Shown one piece after another: positions 12,539-25,447 of a stretch of DNA of 64,000 nucleotides. Numbering within the stretch: position 1 is the stretch's first letter; every line of letters begins with the position of its first letter. Source of the stretch: Eledone cirrhosa (lineage: Eukaryota); assembly GCA_964016885.1 (NCBI GenBank), contig OZ024754.1, positions 26,536,001-26,600,000 on the forward strand, in the 5' to 3' direction. Under the pieces are notes generated by a model, which was not told the origin of the DNA, did no database searches, and saw nothing but the letters and a program-made list of their open reading frames with translations. The translations under genes and the position numbers were made by a program.

Positions 12539-12971
12539 AATATAAATTTAGCGAGAAACGCATTTCGGCGGGTAGAAATTGGCGAAACGCAACTTCCGTA
12601 TTGTGCAGACAAGCGCTCCATGGATATGAAGATACCAGAGCTATAAACATAAGTTAAAATGGTCATACAAACTGAGACGATGGTTAAGAAGCCATTAACC
12701 ACCTTAGCCAAAAAAGCGAACAGACTAAACGGGTCAAACAAAATAAGATATGATTGAAATAATTACCCGGACCCACGGGGAAGATGGAATACTCCGATAT
12801 TTGGGTTTCTGCAACACCTAAATCAATAATACTGTCTGCTAAATAAGCTTTTGGTATAATGATCGAACAAGGCATCGCTTTCTCAACAGGCATTTTGCTC
12901 TTCGTGCGCCAGAATCTCACAGGTTATGTGAATTCAGCATGTGTAGTTATTGCAAAAATTTTCAAAAACAG

Positions 12972-13061
<90 letters not shown>

Positions 13062-13112
13062 AATGAAGTACAAGTCACACAGGTTAGAATTAACTTATTG
13101 ACTTGTACATCA

Positions 13113-13292
13113 TTGGCAGTATCGGTGTAGTGTCTGACACTAGCTTTCCAGCATAGTCACGTCCCTTTCCGACCTGAGTTCAAATCCCGCCGAGGTTAAC
13201 TTTGCCTTTCATCCATACGGAGTCGATAAAATAGAGTACCAGTAATGCACTGGGATAATTGCTGGCCTTGTGCCAAAAGTAGAAACAATTAT
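13113..13292 (+). mobile_element. tRNA-derived SINE, near full length
   Basis: TGGCAGTATCGG A-box-like; GAGTTCAAATCC B-box-like; body gcctttcatcc..gtcgataaaat..gtaccag; 3' end gtagaaacaatt. Confidence 0.8.
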
Positions 13293-13564
13293 CATAACTA
13301 TACACCTGAGTAAACGAATCTACTTGTATACTTCGTTGAGTGCTCTATCCTGCATAGAATAGTGTCGGAGATTAACTAACACATACTTTACCATATACAA
13401 ACACTCACACAAACACAAACACACAGATACGCACACACACACATATATATATAGGTACGCAGATACAGACACACACATATATATTATGTATATGTATATA
13501 TATTTATATATTATATGTATATATATATATTATGTATATATATACATTATATATATATATATAT

Positions 13565-13639
13565 AATTGTTTCTACTTTTGGCAAAAGGCCAGCAATTAC
13601 CCAGTGCATTACTGGTACTTTATTTTATCGACCCCGTAA
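13565..13639 (-). mobile_element. SINE 3' fragment (same family)
   Basis: Reverse complement of the SINE 3' half. Confidence 0.75.
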
Positions 13640-14327
13640 TAATGCAGTGGGAATACGAAGAAAGCAAGAATGGGAGGGGGGGGGGGGGGTTCCTCATCAG
13701 TTTTCTAGTGAGGGTCTCGGATATTTCTACGCTTTAAAGACAATATATCTCGCCCCAGGGCGTCAATAACTGGATAAGTTATTGGGAAAACGGAGGAGGG
13801 AGGGAAGGAAAGCAAAAGGGAAGAAAAGAGAAAACAGTAAAAAAACAGCGAAAAAAACAAACAAACTGAGCAATGTGCCAGCAACTTAAGGTAAGGAAAT
13901 CGAAGACCACTCGATAAGAGAACTTAAGTTCAAGACTGAGTGGTCGAGAGAAAAAAGACACACGTCTGATCGCCGCAGTTGTAAGTGAGAAGGGAACTGC
14001 TAAACGGTCAGGCGAGGGGGTGAAAGTGAGAGGGAGGAAGGGAAAGGAAGAAAGTGGGGTATACGCACACATATATATATGTGTGTGTGTTATTATTATT
14101 TATATGCATATATGCCTCTGTGCCCGTGTTTGGGTGAATATAATCAACGAAATCCTCAGAAAGTGGTGCCCCAGCATGACAGCAGTTTAATGCTGGAAAC
14201 CAATAAAATAATAAAAGATTAAACAGTTTTATATACACCATACGCTAGATGTAACACACGTGTACGTTTTATATACATATGCATAAAACATCTCACTTTA
14301 AACATTTCTTTCTATTTCTGCTTGCAG

Positions 14328-14845
14328 TGAATCTGAAGAGGCAAGGAACTTCAGAAGAAATTGAAACGATAATGTGTAGTGGAAGTGCAGTCGGTGGTGA
14401 GACTCCCATCCGTACTCAGAAAAGATCGAAACACTTCTATGATTACAGCGGTGGTATACGTCAGTCAAACAGTGAAAAAAGCCAAGCTGCAAAACTACGT
14501 GTCATCAGGATGTTATTTGTTATAGTATTGGAGTTCTTTATCTGTTGGTGTCCTCTCTATTTCATTCAAACATGGGTGTCTTTCGATAGTAAAGGAGCTA
14601 ATGAAAACATCACACCAACTCTACAGTCATTCGTCTATCTTCTCGCTTACACCTCATCTTGCACCAATCCCATAACGTACGCTTTCATGAACAAAAAGTT
14701 CCGCCAAGGTTTCTTATCGGTGTTCCGTTGTTGTAAAGTTTCCAAGTCAAACATTAGTCGGCGTCCTAATACGTCGATGTCAGGGTTTAATGCCTCATCA
14801 AGAATAACTACTAGTCGTATTGTATTATATGATAAAGTTCAGTGA
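14328..14845 (+). CDS. Terminal coding exon of a cholecystokinin/sulfakinin receptor-like class A GPCR (ICL3 end, TM6, TM7, C-tail)
   Basis: Pyrimidine tract plus GCAG acceptor ending at 14327 (phase 1); KLRVIRMLFVIVLEFFICWCPLY (CWxP), LLAYTSSCTNPITYAFMNKKFR (NPxxY), CC candidate palmitoylation site; stop at 14843-14845. Confidence 0.9.
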
Positions 14846-15348
14846 GAGCAATGTTCGCTTTGGAAAATGACACATTTGTGTGAAAGTAAAAGTAGAAAGA
14901 AAATCATAAATTTACACTTTCCCCGAGTTAACACTATTTGTGCATAACAGCAGAATTGGGGAAACAAATTAAGTCATTATTCTTTAAATTACTAAGTCTG
15001 GGATAATTTTACAGTGCTCAAAGTATCGTTCTTTAGTCTTTCTAGATGTCGGGATATGGTTAATTAGGTGAATTAGGTGATTGTTTAAATATTAATCATT
15101 ACATTTTAGTTGTTGGAAGCAAACTAAGAGGAGAAAAAAGTGTTTCGGAGCAGTGGGTAAGATATTTGGAAGGCTATAAGAAGAAGCGAAGGGAAAATGT
15201 GCCATCATTTGCTATGATTCAATTCACATGGGTTTCCTATCACGTTATCGGATGTGAATCAACCTGTAATTCTTTTCGAAAATATATTTTAATTGGTATT
15301 TTAAAAGTTATAATCCGTTTCATGACTTCATCACCAAGATTGGGATTT

Positions 15349-15438
15349 ATTATTATTATTATTAGTAGTATTGTTGTTGTTGTTGTTGTTGTTGTTATCA
15401 TTATCATTATCATTATTATTATTGGTATTATTATTATT
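15349..15438. repeat. Compound (ATT)/(GTT)/(ATC) microsatellite, left edge of the retroelement array
   Basis: Seen directly. Confidence 0.9.
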
Positions 15439-18400
15439 TCACTTATTCTTGAAAGTGTTGTAGGTAAAGTCTTGTCGTACAAGTCTGCGGGGGAAAAGGT
15501 TCGTAATTTTAAGCTGTTTTAAAGTATAATTTTTTATATTTTCTTGTCGTTAACAAAACATAAAGTACCCACCTTGGTTCCAAGGATGGGAGACCTCTCA
15601 ATATTCGGGCTTTAAGCCCGAATATTCAGATTTATTTTTAAAAGCTTCGAAAAAAATCGCTTCCCTACAAAAAAAAAAATATATGGAAATTTTTGACCTT
15701 GAAACGGTAAACAACGTTGAGGTCAAACGTTCAACAGCAGCCACTGTAGATCTCACCACAACTACGACTACTTAAGACATGTCTGTCGACCATTCCACAG
15801 AGGGTAAGTTGGTGGTACTGGACGTAACCAGCGGAGAAGGACAAGCTTTCAGGCTAGTGGCCGCCTATGCCCCAACAGGAGCAGGACGGCCTAAATTCTT
15901 CCGGCGTCTGGAGACCTTCCTTGGAACGTCCCGCTCTCTAGTGTTAGTGGGCGACTGGAACGGGATCTTAGATGCACGCTGGGATTGTGTGGGATTAGCG
16001 GATAGGGTAGGAGGGTGTAAAAGTCTCACAAACCTAATCAGACGTTTTAAACTGTCGGACAGGTACCGATTGGATTTCCCGATCATATCTAGATAGAGTA
16101 TTTTGTAGGGAAATAGATAGGTCTAGCATAGGCTGTCCACAATTCAAGATAGTCAGCTACACGGACCACAAATTCGTGATCTGTGTGGTTGACTCAGATA
16201 GGCTTCATAGACAGGGACCCGGCTACTGGAAACTAAACGCCACGTTAACAGCGCGCAAAGCTTACAGAGATCGGATTAACGAATTAGTTAAGGGGGGCGT
16301 TGACAGGGGCCATCGTCAACAACAAATGGTGGTTTGCCCTGAAAAGAGCGATTAGAATAGAATCCATTAGGTTTAGTAAAGCGCTAGTAACAGAGAAAAA
16401 TAGAGCAGAAGGAAATCTAGTTAAGAAATTAGATGAGGCGCTTAGTAAAGGCATCGCGCCCGACGTGCTTGCGACGAAATTGGCTCTCGACCAATTTTTC
16501 AACGCTAAGCACGAAGGCTGCGTTGTCAGAGCTAGTGTGCGTGCTCTCAGACACGAGGGGACAAAAGCCGTTCAATGGCCCGGGTGGCGGAGGCGCGTCG
16601 TGGCAACAAATCCACGATCCGGCCTTTAGTGAACCACGGCGGGCCCATGATACTCGATCCCGGGCAGATGTGTGTGGCTTTTCAGCAGCACTTTGCTCAG
16701 CTGTTCAGGGGGCAATGGCGAGCCGAATCGCGGAATGGACTTCAGTGCCTACCTCGACGGACTGCCGCGGCTCTCGGCCACTGAGGCGATAACTGCTGCT
16801 GAAGTACGGGAGGCTAGCTTCACAATGGGTAAATCGCCTGGTTTGGATGGTCTGCCCTACGAATTTTACATACATATGCCAGACTTGTTCGAAGACCTCT
16901 TGGCAGACGTCTACTGCAACTGGCAGCAGAACGGGAGAATTCCCACCTCTATGAGCCGAGGAGCGGTGGCGCTGCTGAGAAAGGATCCGAGCAAGGGGAT
17001 AACATAGAAAATTTCAGGCCCATAACTCTGCTAAACACAGACTTCAATATTTTGGCTAAGGTGCTAGCAAAGAAGTTGGCGCTTGTCGTTGGTGGTCTGG
17101 TGAGAGAGTCGCAAACATGCGCCATTCCAGACAGATCCATCCACAACAACCTCCACCTCATGTGATACATCTTAGAGAGGGTAGCTAGGAAACCTGGCAT
17201 GGGTGGGTCTCTGATCAATTTAAATCAGTCAAAATCTTTCGATAGGGTCGACCATCGTTATCTGGCAGCAGTCCTAAGAGCAGCTGGCTTTGGGCCTGTC
17301 TTCAGAGGCTGGATTGCTGCCATGCACTCTGTGGTGAGAGTGAACGGTCACCTTTCGGAACCGTTCAACATCATGCGCTCGATCCGCCAGGGATGTCATC
17401 TCTCATCCTTGTTGTATGTATTGACTCTTGAGCCATTACTGCACAAACTGGAGACATTGAGGGGGATCCCACGTGAACTAGGATGCGGAAGAACAGTGTC
17501 AGTTTATGCAGACGACATCACCGTAGTGGTGTCGAACACCAAACACATCGAGGCAATCGGCTCCACATTAAGAGAATACGAGCTCATGACAGGAGCAATG
17601 ATCAACCAGGAAAAATCAGTAGGCCTGCAACTCGGCACCTGGAGAGGCAGATCCATGCCGCCCAACAGCGTCGTCGGGCGCTGGACAGACGGACCGGTTA
17701 AATTGCTAGGGGTCTGGTTCGGTCTGGACCTCCAGACGGACAGAAATGGGCCGAGAGGAAGCTATCCTTGAAAGGTCAAGCCGAGGTGGCGAATGCGTAC
17801 ATTGCGTCCGTCATCTATTATAGCCTGACCGTCGAGCCTTGTCTTAAGCCTCGCCTGACTGCACTGGAACGTTTGCTCTTTCGCTTTTTGTGGAAGGGGC
17901 GTGCTCCGATGGTCAGGTGGTCCATCTGCTGTCAACACCCGCTATGCGGAGGGCTGGGCATGCCATGGCTGATGATGCGCAGACATGCGCTCAGGCTACG
18001 GCATCTCCACCTCTTCCTCGACGGTGATCAGGTCTGGTCGTCCTTTGCTAGACACATGTTTCCCCAGCTTGTCTCCTTGGCGGAGCTACAGTCCTGGGTC
18101 AAGCGAAGACTGAGAAGAAGCGCTTGGAGACTGGAATGTCTTCAGGCGCTTACAGCCCTCTACCAGTCGAGCAATACAATCGCTGGAAACTCCACATTGG
18201 CTTTCTATAGAGGATTAGTGGAAGGAAAGAGCAACGACGTCCTTGGGGAGACTCTAGGCATCGACGAAAACCAACTAGCCAATCTCTTCGGGAGAACTTT
18301 TGAGCCGGGGCCCATGGACAACTTCCAGAAATCCCTGGCCTGGCAGTGCTACCGAGGAGCCTTGCCAGTTCGGGATAAACTCTACAGGCATGGAAGTGCC

Positions 18401-19037
18401 GTCAGCCGAGCCTGTCTTAGATGCGCACAGGGCGATGAAACCGTCCTGCACGCACTTGACCAGTGTCCGAGCATTGCTGATTTGTGGGTTTATGCCGAAC
18501 ACCCGCTGTCACGTGAAGAACGGATCCGGCTATCAGCTGAGTCCATCGTGAAGATTGCCCAACCGCCTTCCTTTAGCCGAAAAAGGCAGGCAGTTTTTAT
18601 CTGCCTGGTGGCCACGTCTGAAAGGGTTAGGGACCGGTACTTTCCTCTTCGGTGACGCACTCATCAACCTGTTCAGGTTTCACCTGAAAAGGAAAATCAG
18701 AGTGGAGAGGCAAGTGCTGAAAGGTGTTGAAAGGTGGGTAAGAGAGGCAAGAATGGCCCGTGTGAATGGGTCTACCCTGAGCGTGTGCCTGTAGCATTGT
18801 AGGAGGAAAACTGGAAGAGGCCATTTTCCCTAGCGGTCAGGGTAACCGTGGCTTTTCTTGTGGGCTTTCTCCACGAGCAACCCTCAGAGGTCTCCCCCCT
18901 ATTGGGAATTTTTCATTGTTTCCTTTTGTCACACTCTGTTTTTGTTTTTTTTTACACGCAGAAATGCCCATTTGTATTGTCCTGTGTTGTCCTTAATGTT
19001 ATACTTTGTGTCAACCCTTGTGGTTAATAAAGAAAGC
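15439..19037 (+). mobile_element. Tx1/L1-clade LINE copy 1: distinct 5' module joined at ~15798 to a degenerate ORF2 (APE-RT-CCHC)
   Basis: EGKLVVLD, GDWN, RQGC..S, YADD, CLRC..ETVLH; multiple deletions; ends AATAAAgaaagc + (ATT)n; the 5' boundary is inferred. Confidence 0.85.
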
Positions 19038-19064
19038 ATTATTATTATTATTATTATTATTATT

Positions 19065-19427
19065 GTTCTTTGAATCTCAGTCATTGATGTTAGTTAACTG
19101 GAAAGTTTGTTGAAATGAATATCAATCCACTGCCTCAGATATTCAGGACGTATCGGAGGGTTCTTGCTGTTCCCAGCAAGCATGCCTTTTGAAGCGTTCC
19201 AAAAAGCGTGGCGGGGCCAATTTTCTTTAACCATCCCTGGAAACTTTTTGAGATAGTACCTAGTGCGCCTATGACAATCGGGACCACTTTGACTTCATGG
19301 CAGTTCCAAATCCTTTTTACCTCCCACTTTAAGTCCTGGTATCGGTTAATTTTCTCCCTCTCCTTCTCTTTCACTCTCGTGTCGAATGGGCAAGCCACAT
19401 CCACAATCAGGCACGATCTTTTTTTTT
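19065..19427 (-). mobile_element. R4/Dong-like family B, 5'-truncated 3' fragment
   Basis: DVACPFD..EKINRY..PIVIGALG..LRYVLNI*; flanked by (ATT)n. Confidence 0.9.
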
Positions 19428-19436
19428 ATTATTATA

Positions 19437-19478
<42 letters not shown>

Positions 19479-22400
19479 GGCGACCTACGTAGTAAATCGT
19501 ATCATCGTGAGCTCCGCAAAGGTTTGTTATTTCCGTTTGTTAAAAATTGCCATTTATGGAAAATTTTATTGTTAACTGTTTATAAGCACACATACATTGT
19601 TTTCCGAAAAGGACACCCAAAAAGATTGGGGCCTTGTGCCCAAAATTTTAACTTTTATTATTATCAAAAAATTTCTTTGAAAAAAAAATGGCTAATTCAC
19701 CTCTGCAACAAGCAGCTGAAAGCCTTCCTCATAAAATTAACACGTCACACCGACACCACCATTGTAAATGTTACTACGTTTGCCAACACAAAAAAAAATA
19801 TAAGCAGTAGCAATATTTTAAATTTGTCTCAGGCAGACATTCATTTCCCGCCATTACCAATGATTGCAGGTGTTAAAGCCTCCACCACCACCACCACCAC
19901 CCCCACCACCGCGACAACCACTACCCCCACCACCACCGCGACAACAGAAACAAAAGAAGAAAAAAATAAATTAACTCGTGATGTCGAAATGAAATCAAGC
20001 AAAATGGACTCTTCCGCACCAAAGACGACTGACGTCACCACCACCACAACTGAAACTAAAATTAATATTAACGATAGCAACAACAACAACAATGACATTA
20101 TAACCCCCCCCCCTCAGTTTCGCCAGAGTAGCAAAACAATTCGAAGCATTTACGGTAACTCAGGAAGATTTAGAAAATGCCAAACAAATGGTAAAGAAAG
20201 ATGGGTACAGGGTCAGCCTCACCCCCCCCCACCTAATAAAAGGGAGCATCGGCGCCTATGCACCGTGTCGTATAGAACAATAAATGTAAAATCGCGCCGA
20301 GTGGAACGGGCATCCGAGTCCCAAATCCAAAAAGCTTTGGGACATGTGTGGGCAAGAGAAACCCACATCAGACGTGGGCAAAAGTATGGAACCGTGGACG
20401 TGTTCTTCGAAACACCAGAGGAGGCTAGAGAACACTCCATGGCCCCATTAAAAAGTGACGACTTCACACTCGTCCCAAGCTATTGTGGCCAGAGACTCGT
20501 AAAGATCAGGGTGACCCACGTTCCACCGGCCATCGAAATTCCCTGGCTAATAGCGGCCGTCCTCGCCGGCATCGAAGCCAACACGAAAATAATAGCAATA
20601 GCAAAAGAAAAGCAGGAAAACTGGTCCGGATCTGGGATGGAGCTCCTGATCCAAGCGGACCAAAAAAGCATTGAGGAGATCCCAGAGGTAATAGACCTCA
20701 CTGACGGCAGCCACCTCACGGTAATTGTCGAGGGCAGAAGACCTAGGTGTGTCATTTGTGGTGAAGGAACCCACCTAAGGGCTTTCTGCCCTCAGGCTAA
20801 AAGGTTGAGGCCACCTCTCCTACCCACCACAGTGACACAACCATCAACACCACCAGTAGCAGAGATGGCAGCAACAACTGTAGCAGCAACAACAGAAGCA
20901 ACTATAACAGCAACAACCCCAGCAACAGTAGCAAAACTAACACCACTACCACCACCAGCAAAACCAACACCACCATCCACCACACCACAACCAAAACTAA
21001 CGGCTGTGGAGGATTTTCCACTCCCCGGCCTATCACAACTGGAGACAGATTGTGACGACGAGGAGTGAGAAACGATATCCGGAAAAAAAAAGAAACCAAA
21101 AAAGAAAAAATTCTCTTCCTTCCCCCTCCAAAAACAAAATACAGAGGGAAACAAATAAATTAAGAAACAAAAAAGTTAGGACAGATATGCCACCATCCAC
21201 ACCAGCATCACCAACCCCATCAACCCAAACACCAACACCATCACCATCATTAACCCCAGCACCACCATCACCTACACCACAAAAGTCACCAAAATGCGAA
21301 ACAGAAACAAACCCACAACAAACGCAAACAAAACAAAACAACCAAAACGATACACACTACACAGCATTTTGGCAGTATCGGTAGAGGGTCGGACGCCATG
21401 CTTTGATGCATAGAGTTACGGCCCTTGCTATTCTGAGTTCAAATCCCGCCGAGGTTAACTTTGCCTTTCATCCTTACGGGGTCGATAAAATAAAGTACCA
21501 GTAATGTACTGGGTAATTTCTGGCCTTGTGCCAATAGTAGAAACAATTAAATTTGAACAACAAGCAATTATTACACTACATCCAACACAACACCAGCATC
21601 ACAGAAAAAGACTACACAACAACCTAAAAGTTCACACCACCTCCACACATAAATCACTCGCATCACACAGAAAACGTACATGACACTAAAACAAAAATTC
21701 CCCAAAGACATCGGAGACTTCCGACAAGCACTCTCCAAGAGGATTTATATTATAAGGACATCCTTCCTGAGGAGGCCAAAAGCAGTGAAAAGGATGGAGA
21801 AACCGTCCTTCCTCTACGAGAAGTAAGGTAAGTGGTCTTTCCCATCTTTTCCACTCCATTTCAACATGACCTCACTCAGAATAGGCAGCATAAATGCGCG
21901 TGGCTTGGGGTCGTCATGGAAGCAGGGCCACCTGCTCAACGACATCAGGTCACTAAACATAGATGTAGTGGCCATCAGCGAGACCAGAACCTCCGAAGCA
22001 CAAGCTTTCGCACCGATCTTCGGCGGCTACGATGTGTACGCATCTACCAGCCGTCCGGGATCGGGGGGAGGAGTTGCTGTGCTTTTTCGGAGAGGTTTGG
22101 ATCTTGCCATACGGGCCATCTTCCTGGACCCAGAAGGTAAGTTGGTGGTGCGGGACGTGACCAGCGGAGACGGGCAAGCTTTCAGGTTAGTGGCCGTCTA
22201 TGCCCCAACAGGAGCAGGGCGGCCTGATTTCTTCCGGCGTCTGGAGACCTTTCTTGGAATGTCCCGCTCTTTAGTGTTAGTGGGCGACTGGAACGGGATC
22301 TTAGATGCACGCTGGGATTGTGTGGGATTAGTGGATAGGGAAGGAGGGTGCAAGAGTCTCACCAACCTGCTCAGACGTTTTGAACTGTCTGACAGGTACC

Positions 22401-25215
22401 GAATGGATTTCCCGAATGTACCAATGTGGACTTGGACAAATCGCATAGGGTCATCCAGATCATATCTAGATAGAGTATTTTGTAGGGAAATAGATAGGTC
22501 TAGCATAGGCTGTCCACAATTCAAGATAGTCAGCTACACGGACCACAAATTCGTGATCTGTGTGCTTGACTTAGATAGGCTTCATAGACGACGACCCGGC
22601 TACTGGAAGCTAAACGCGTCCTTACCAGCGCGCAAGGCCTACAGAGACCGGATTAGCGAACTAGTTAAGCGGGCGTTGACGGGGGCCATCGTCAACAACA
22701 AGTGGTGGTTTGCTCTGAAAAGAGCAATTAGAATAGAGTCCATTAGGTTTAGTAAGACTTTAGCAATAGAGAAAAATAGAGCAGAGAGAGAATTAGTTAG
22801 AAAATTAGATGAGGCGCTTAGCAAAGGCATCGCGACCGACGTACTTGCGGCGAAATTGGCCCTTGACCAATTCTTCAATGCAAAGCACGAAGGCTGCGTT
22901 GTCAGAGCTAGGGTGCGTGCTCTCAGACACGAGGGGACGAAAGCTGTTCAATGGGCCCGAGTGGCGGAGGCGCGTCGTGGCAACAAAGCCACAATCCGGT
23001 CTTTGGTGGACCACGACGGGCGCATGCTACTCGATCCCGGGCAAATGTGTGAAGCTTTTCAGCGACGCTTCGCTCAACTGTTCGGGGGCAGTGGCGGGCC
23101 GGGTCGAGGGATGGACTTTAGTGTCTACCTCGACTGACTGCCGCGGCTTTCGGCCACTGAGGTTGGCGCTTGTCGTTGGTGGTCTGGTGGGAGAGGCACA
23201 GATATGCGTCATTCCCGACAGATCCATCCACGACAACCTCCACCTCATGCGATACATCGTAGAGAGGGTAGCTAGGGAACCTGGCACGGGTGGGTCTTTG
23301 ATCAATTTAGACCAGTCGAAAGCCTTCGATAGGGTCGACCATCGTTACCTAGCGGCAGTCCTGAGGGCGGCTGGCTTTGGGCCCGTCTTCAGAGGCTGGA
23401 TCGCTGCCATGCACAGCGACATCTGCTCTGTAGTGAGAGTGAACGGTCACCTTTCGGAACCGTTCAACATCATGCGCTCAGTCCGCCAAGGATGTCCCCT
23501 CTCGTCCCTATTGTACGTATTGACTATCGAGCCATTACTGCACAAACTGGAGACGTTGAGGGGGGTCCCGCGCGAACTAGGATGTGGAAGATCCGTGTCA
23601 GCATATGCCGACGATGTCACCGTAGTGGTGTCGAACGCCAAACACATCCAGGCGATCGGCACTACACTAAGAGAATACGAAGCGGTGACAGGAGCAATGA
23701 TCAACCAGGAAAAGTCAGTGGGCCTGCAGCTCGGCACCTGGAGAGGCAGGTCCATGCTGTCCAACAGCGTCGTCGGGCGCTGGACGGACGGACCAGTTAA
23801 ATTGCTAGGTGTCTGGTTCGGTCCAGACCTCCAGACGGACAAAAACTGGGACGAGGTGACGAGCAGGGTGGCTTCTCTCACCCAGAAATGGGCCGAGAGG
23901 AAGCTATCCCTGAAAGGTCGAGCGGAGGTGGCGAATGCGTACATCGCATCCGTCATCTACTACCGCCTGACCGTCGTACCTTGTCCTAAGCCCCGCCTGA
24001 CTGCGCTGGAGCGTTTGCTCTTTCGCTTCTTGTGGAAGGGACGCGCTCCCATGGTCAGGCGGTCCATCTGCTGTCAACACCCGCTACGTGGAGGGCTGGG
24101 CATGCCGTGGCTGATGATGCGCAGACACGCGCTCAGGCTACGACATCTCCACCTCTTCCTCGACGGTGATCATGTGTGGTCGCCGTTTGCTAGACGCGTT
24201 TTTCCCCAGCTCGTCTCCTTGACGGAGCTGCAGTCCTGGGTCAAGCGAAGACCGAGAGGGAGCGCTTGGAGACTGGAATGTCTTCAGGCGCTCACAGCCC
24301 TCGACCAATCGGGCAATGTGATAGGTGGAAGCTCCACCTTGGCGTTCTATAGGGGATTAGTGGAGGGGAAGAGCGACGACGTACTTGGAGAAACTCTAGG
24401 CGTCGACGAAAATCAACTAGCCAATCTCTTCGGAAGGACTTTCGGGCCGGGGCCTATGGACAACTTCCAGAAATCCCTGGCATGGCAGTGCTACCGAGGA
24501 GCCTTGCCAGTTCGGGATAAACTCTACAGGCATGGAGGTGCCGTCAGCCGGGCATGTCCGAGATGCGCGCAGGGCGACGAAACCGTCCTGCACGCACTTG
24601 TCCAGTGTCCGAGCATTGCTGACTTGTGGGTTTATGTCGAACACCTGCTGTCACGTGTAGGACGGATCCAGCTATCAGCTGAGTCCATCGTGAGGATTTC
24701 CCCGCCCCCTTCCTTTAGCCGGGAAGGGCAGGCAGTTTTTATCTGTCTGGTGGCCATGGCGAAAGAGATAGTATGGTGGACACGTTTGAAAGGGCTGAAG
24801 ACGAGCACTTACCTCTTCGGTGATGCCCTGATTAACTTTTTCAAATTTCATTTGAAAAGGAAAATCAGGGTAGACAGGGAAGTGCTCTCTTCCCAGCATT
24901 TTGTTGAAAGATGGGTGAGAGAAGCAAGTATGGCCCGAATGAATGGGCCTTCTCTGAGTATGTGTCTGTAAATTAAAGGTGGAAAACTGGGAGAGGGCAC
25001 TTGCCCTGGTGGTCAGGGCCACTGTGGTCTTTTAATGGGCTTTCTCCACAAATGTCCCTCGGAAGTCTCCCCCCTATTGGGGAATTTTTCTTTGTTATTT
25101 TATTTCATCCTCTGTTTTTTTTACACGCAGAAATGCCCATTTGTACCGTCCTGTATTGTCCTGTACTGTCCTTAATGTCTACTTTATGTAAACCCTTGTG
25201 GTTAATAAAGAAAAC
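19479..25215 (+). mobile_element. Tx1/L1-clade LINE copy 2, near full length, disrupted (ORF1 ~19688-21831 with CCHC knuckle; ORF2 21866-24971)
   Basis: ORF1 CVICGEGTHLRAFC; ORF2 APE (SINARG, SET, GDWN, LDR, TDH), RT (KAFD, QGCPLS, YADD), CPRC..H..C; deletion at ~23160; SINE in ORF1; ATT arrays at both ends. Confidence 0.92.
21369..21549 (+). mobile_element. tRNA-derived SINE nested in ORF1 of Tx1 copy 2
   Basis: Absent at the equivalent site in copy 4 (acagcattacatttgaac, ~41513-41531). Confidence 0.88.
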
Positions 25216-25227
25216 ATTATTATTATT

Positions 25228-25359
25228 GTTCTTTGAGTCTCAGTCATTGATCTTGGTTAACTGGAAAGTTTGTTGAAATGAATATCAAGTCACTACCTGC
25301 AGCCTCATATATTCAGGACGTATCGGAGTGGTCTTGCTGTTCCCAGCAAGCATGCCTTT
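25228..25359 (-). mobile_element. R4-like family B, very short 3' fragment
   Basis: KACLLGTARPLRYVLNI plus 3'UTR; between ATT arrays. Confidence 0.85.
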
Positions 25360-25375
25360 ATTATTATTATTATTA

Positions 25376-25446
<71 letters not shown>

Positions 25447-25447
<1 letters not shown>

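Noticed and set aside
13113-13200. tRNA-like A and B boxes
   Set aside because: No cloverleaf; multi-copy with a SINE body and tail, so called a SINE rather than a tRNA gene
19386-19687. N-terminal extension of the 560-aa ORF (poly-Ile)
   Set aside because: Reads through an R4 fragment, the ATT repeat and the 5'UTR; ORF1 more plausibly starts at 19688
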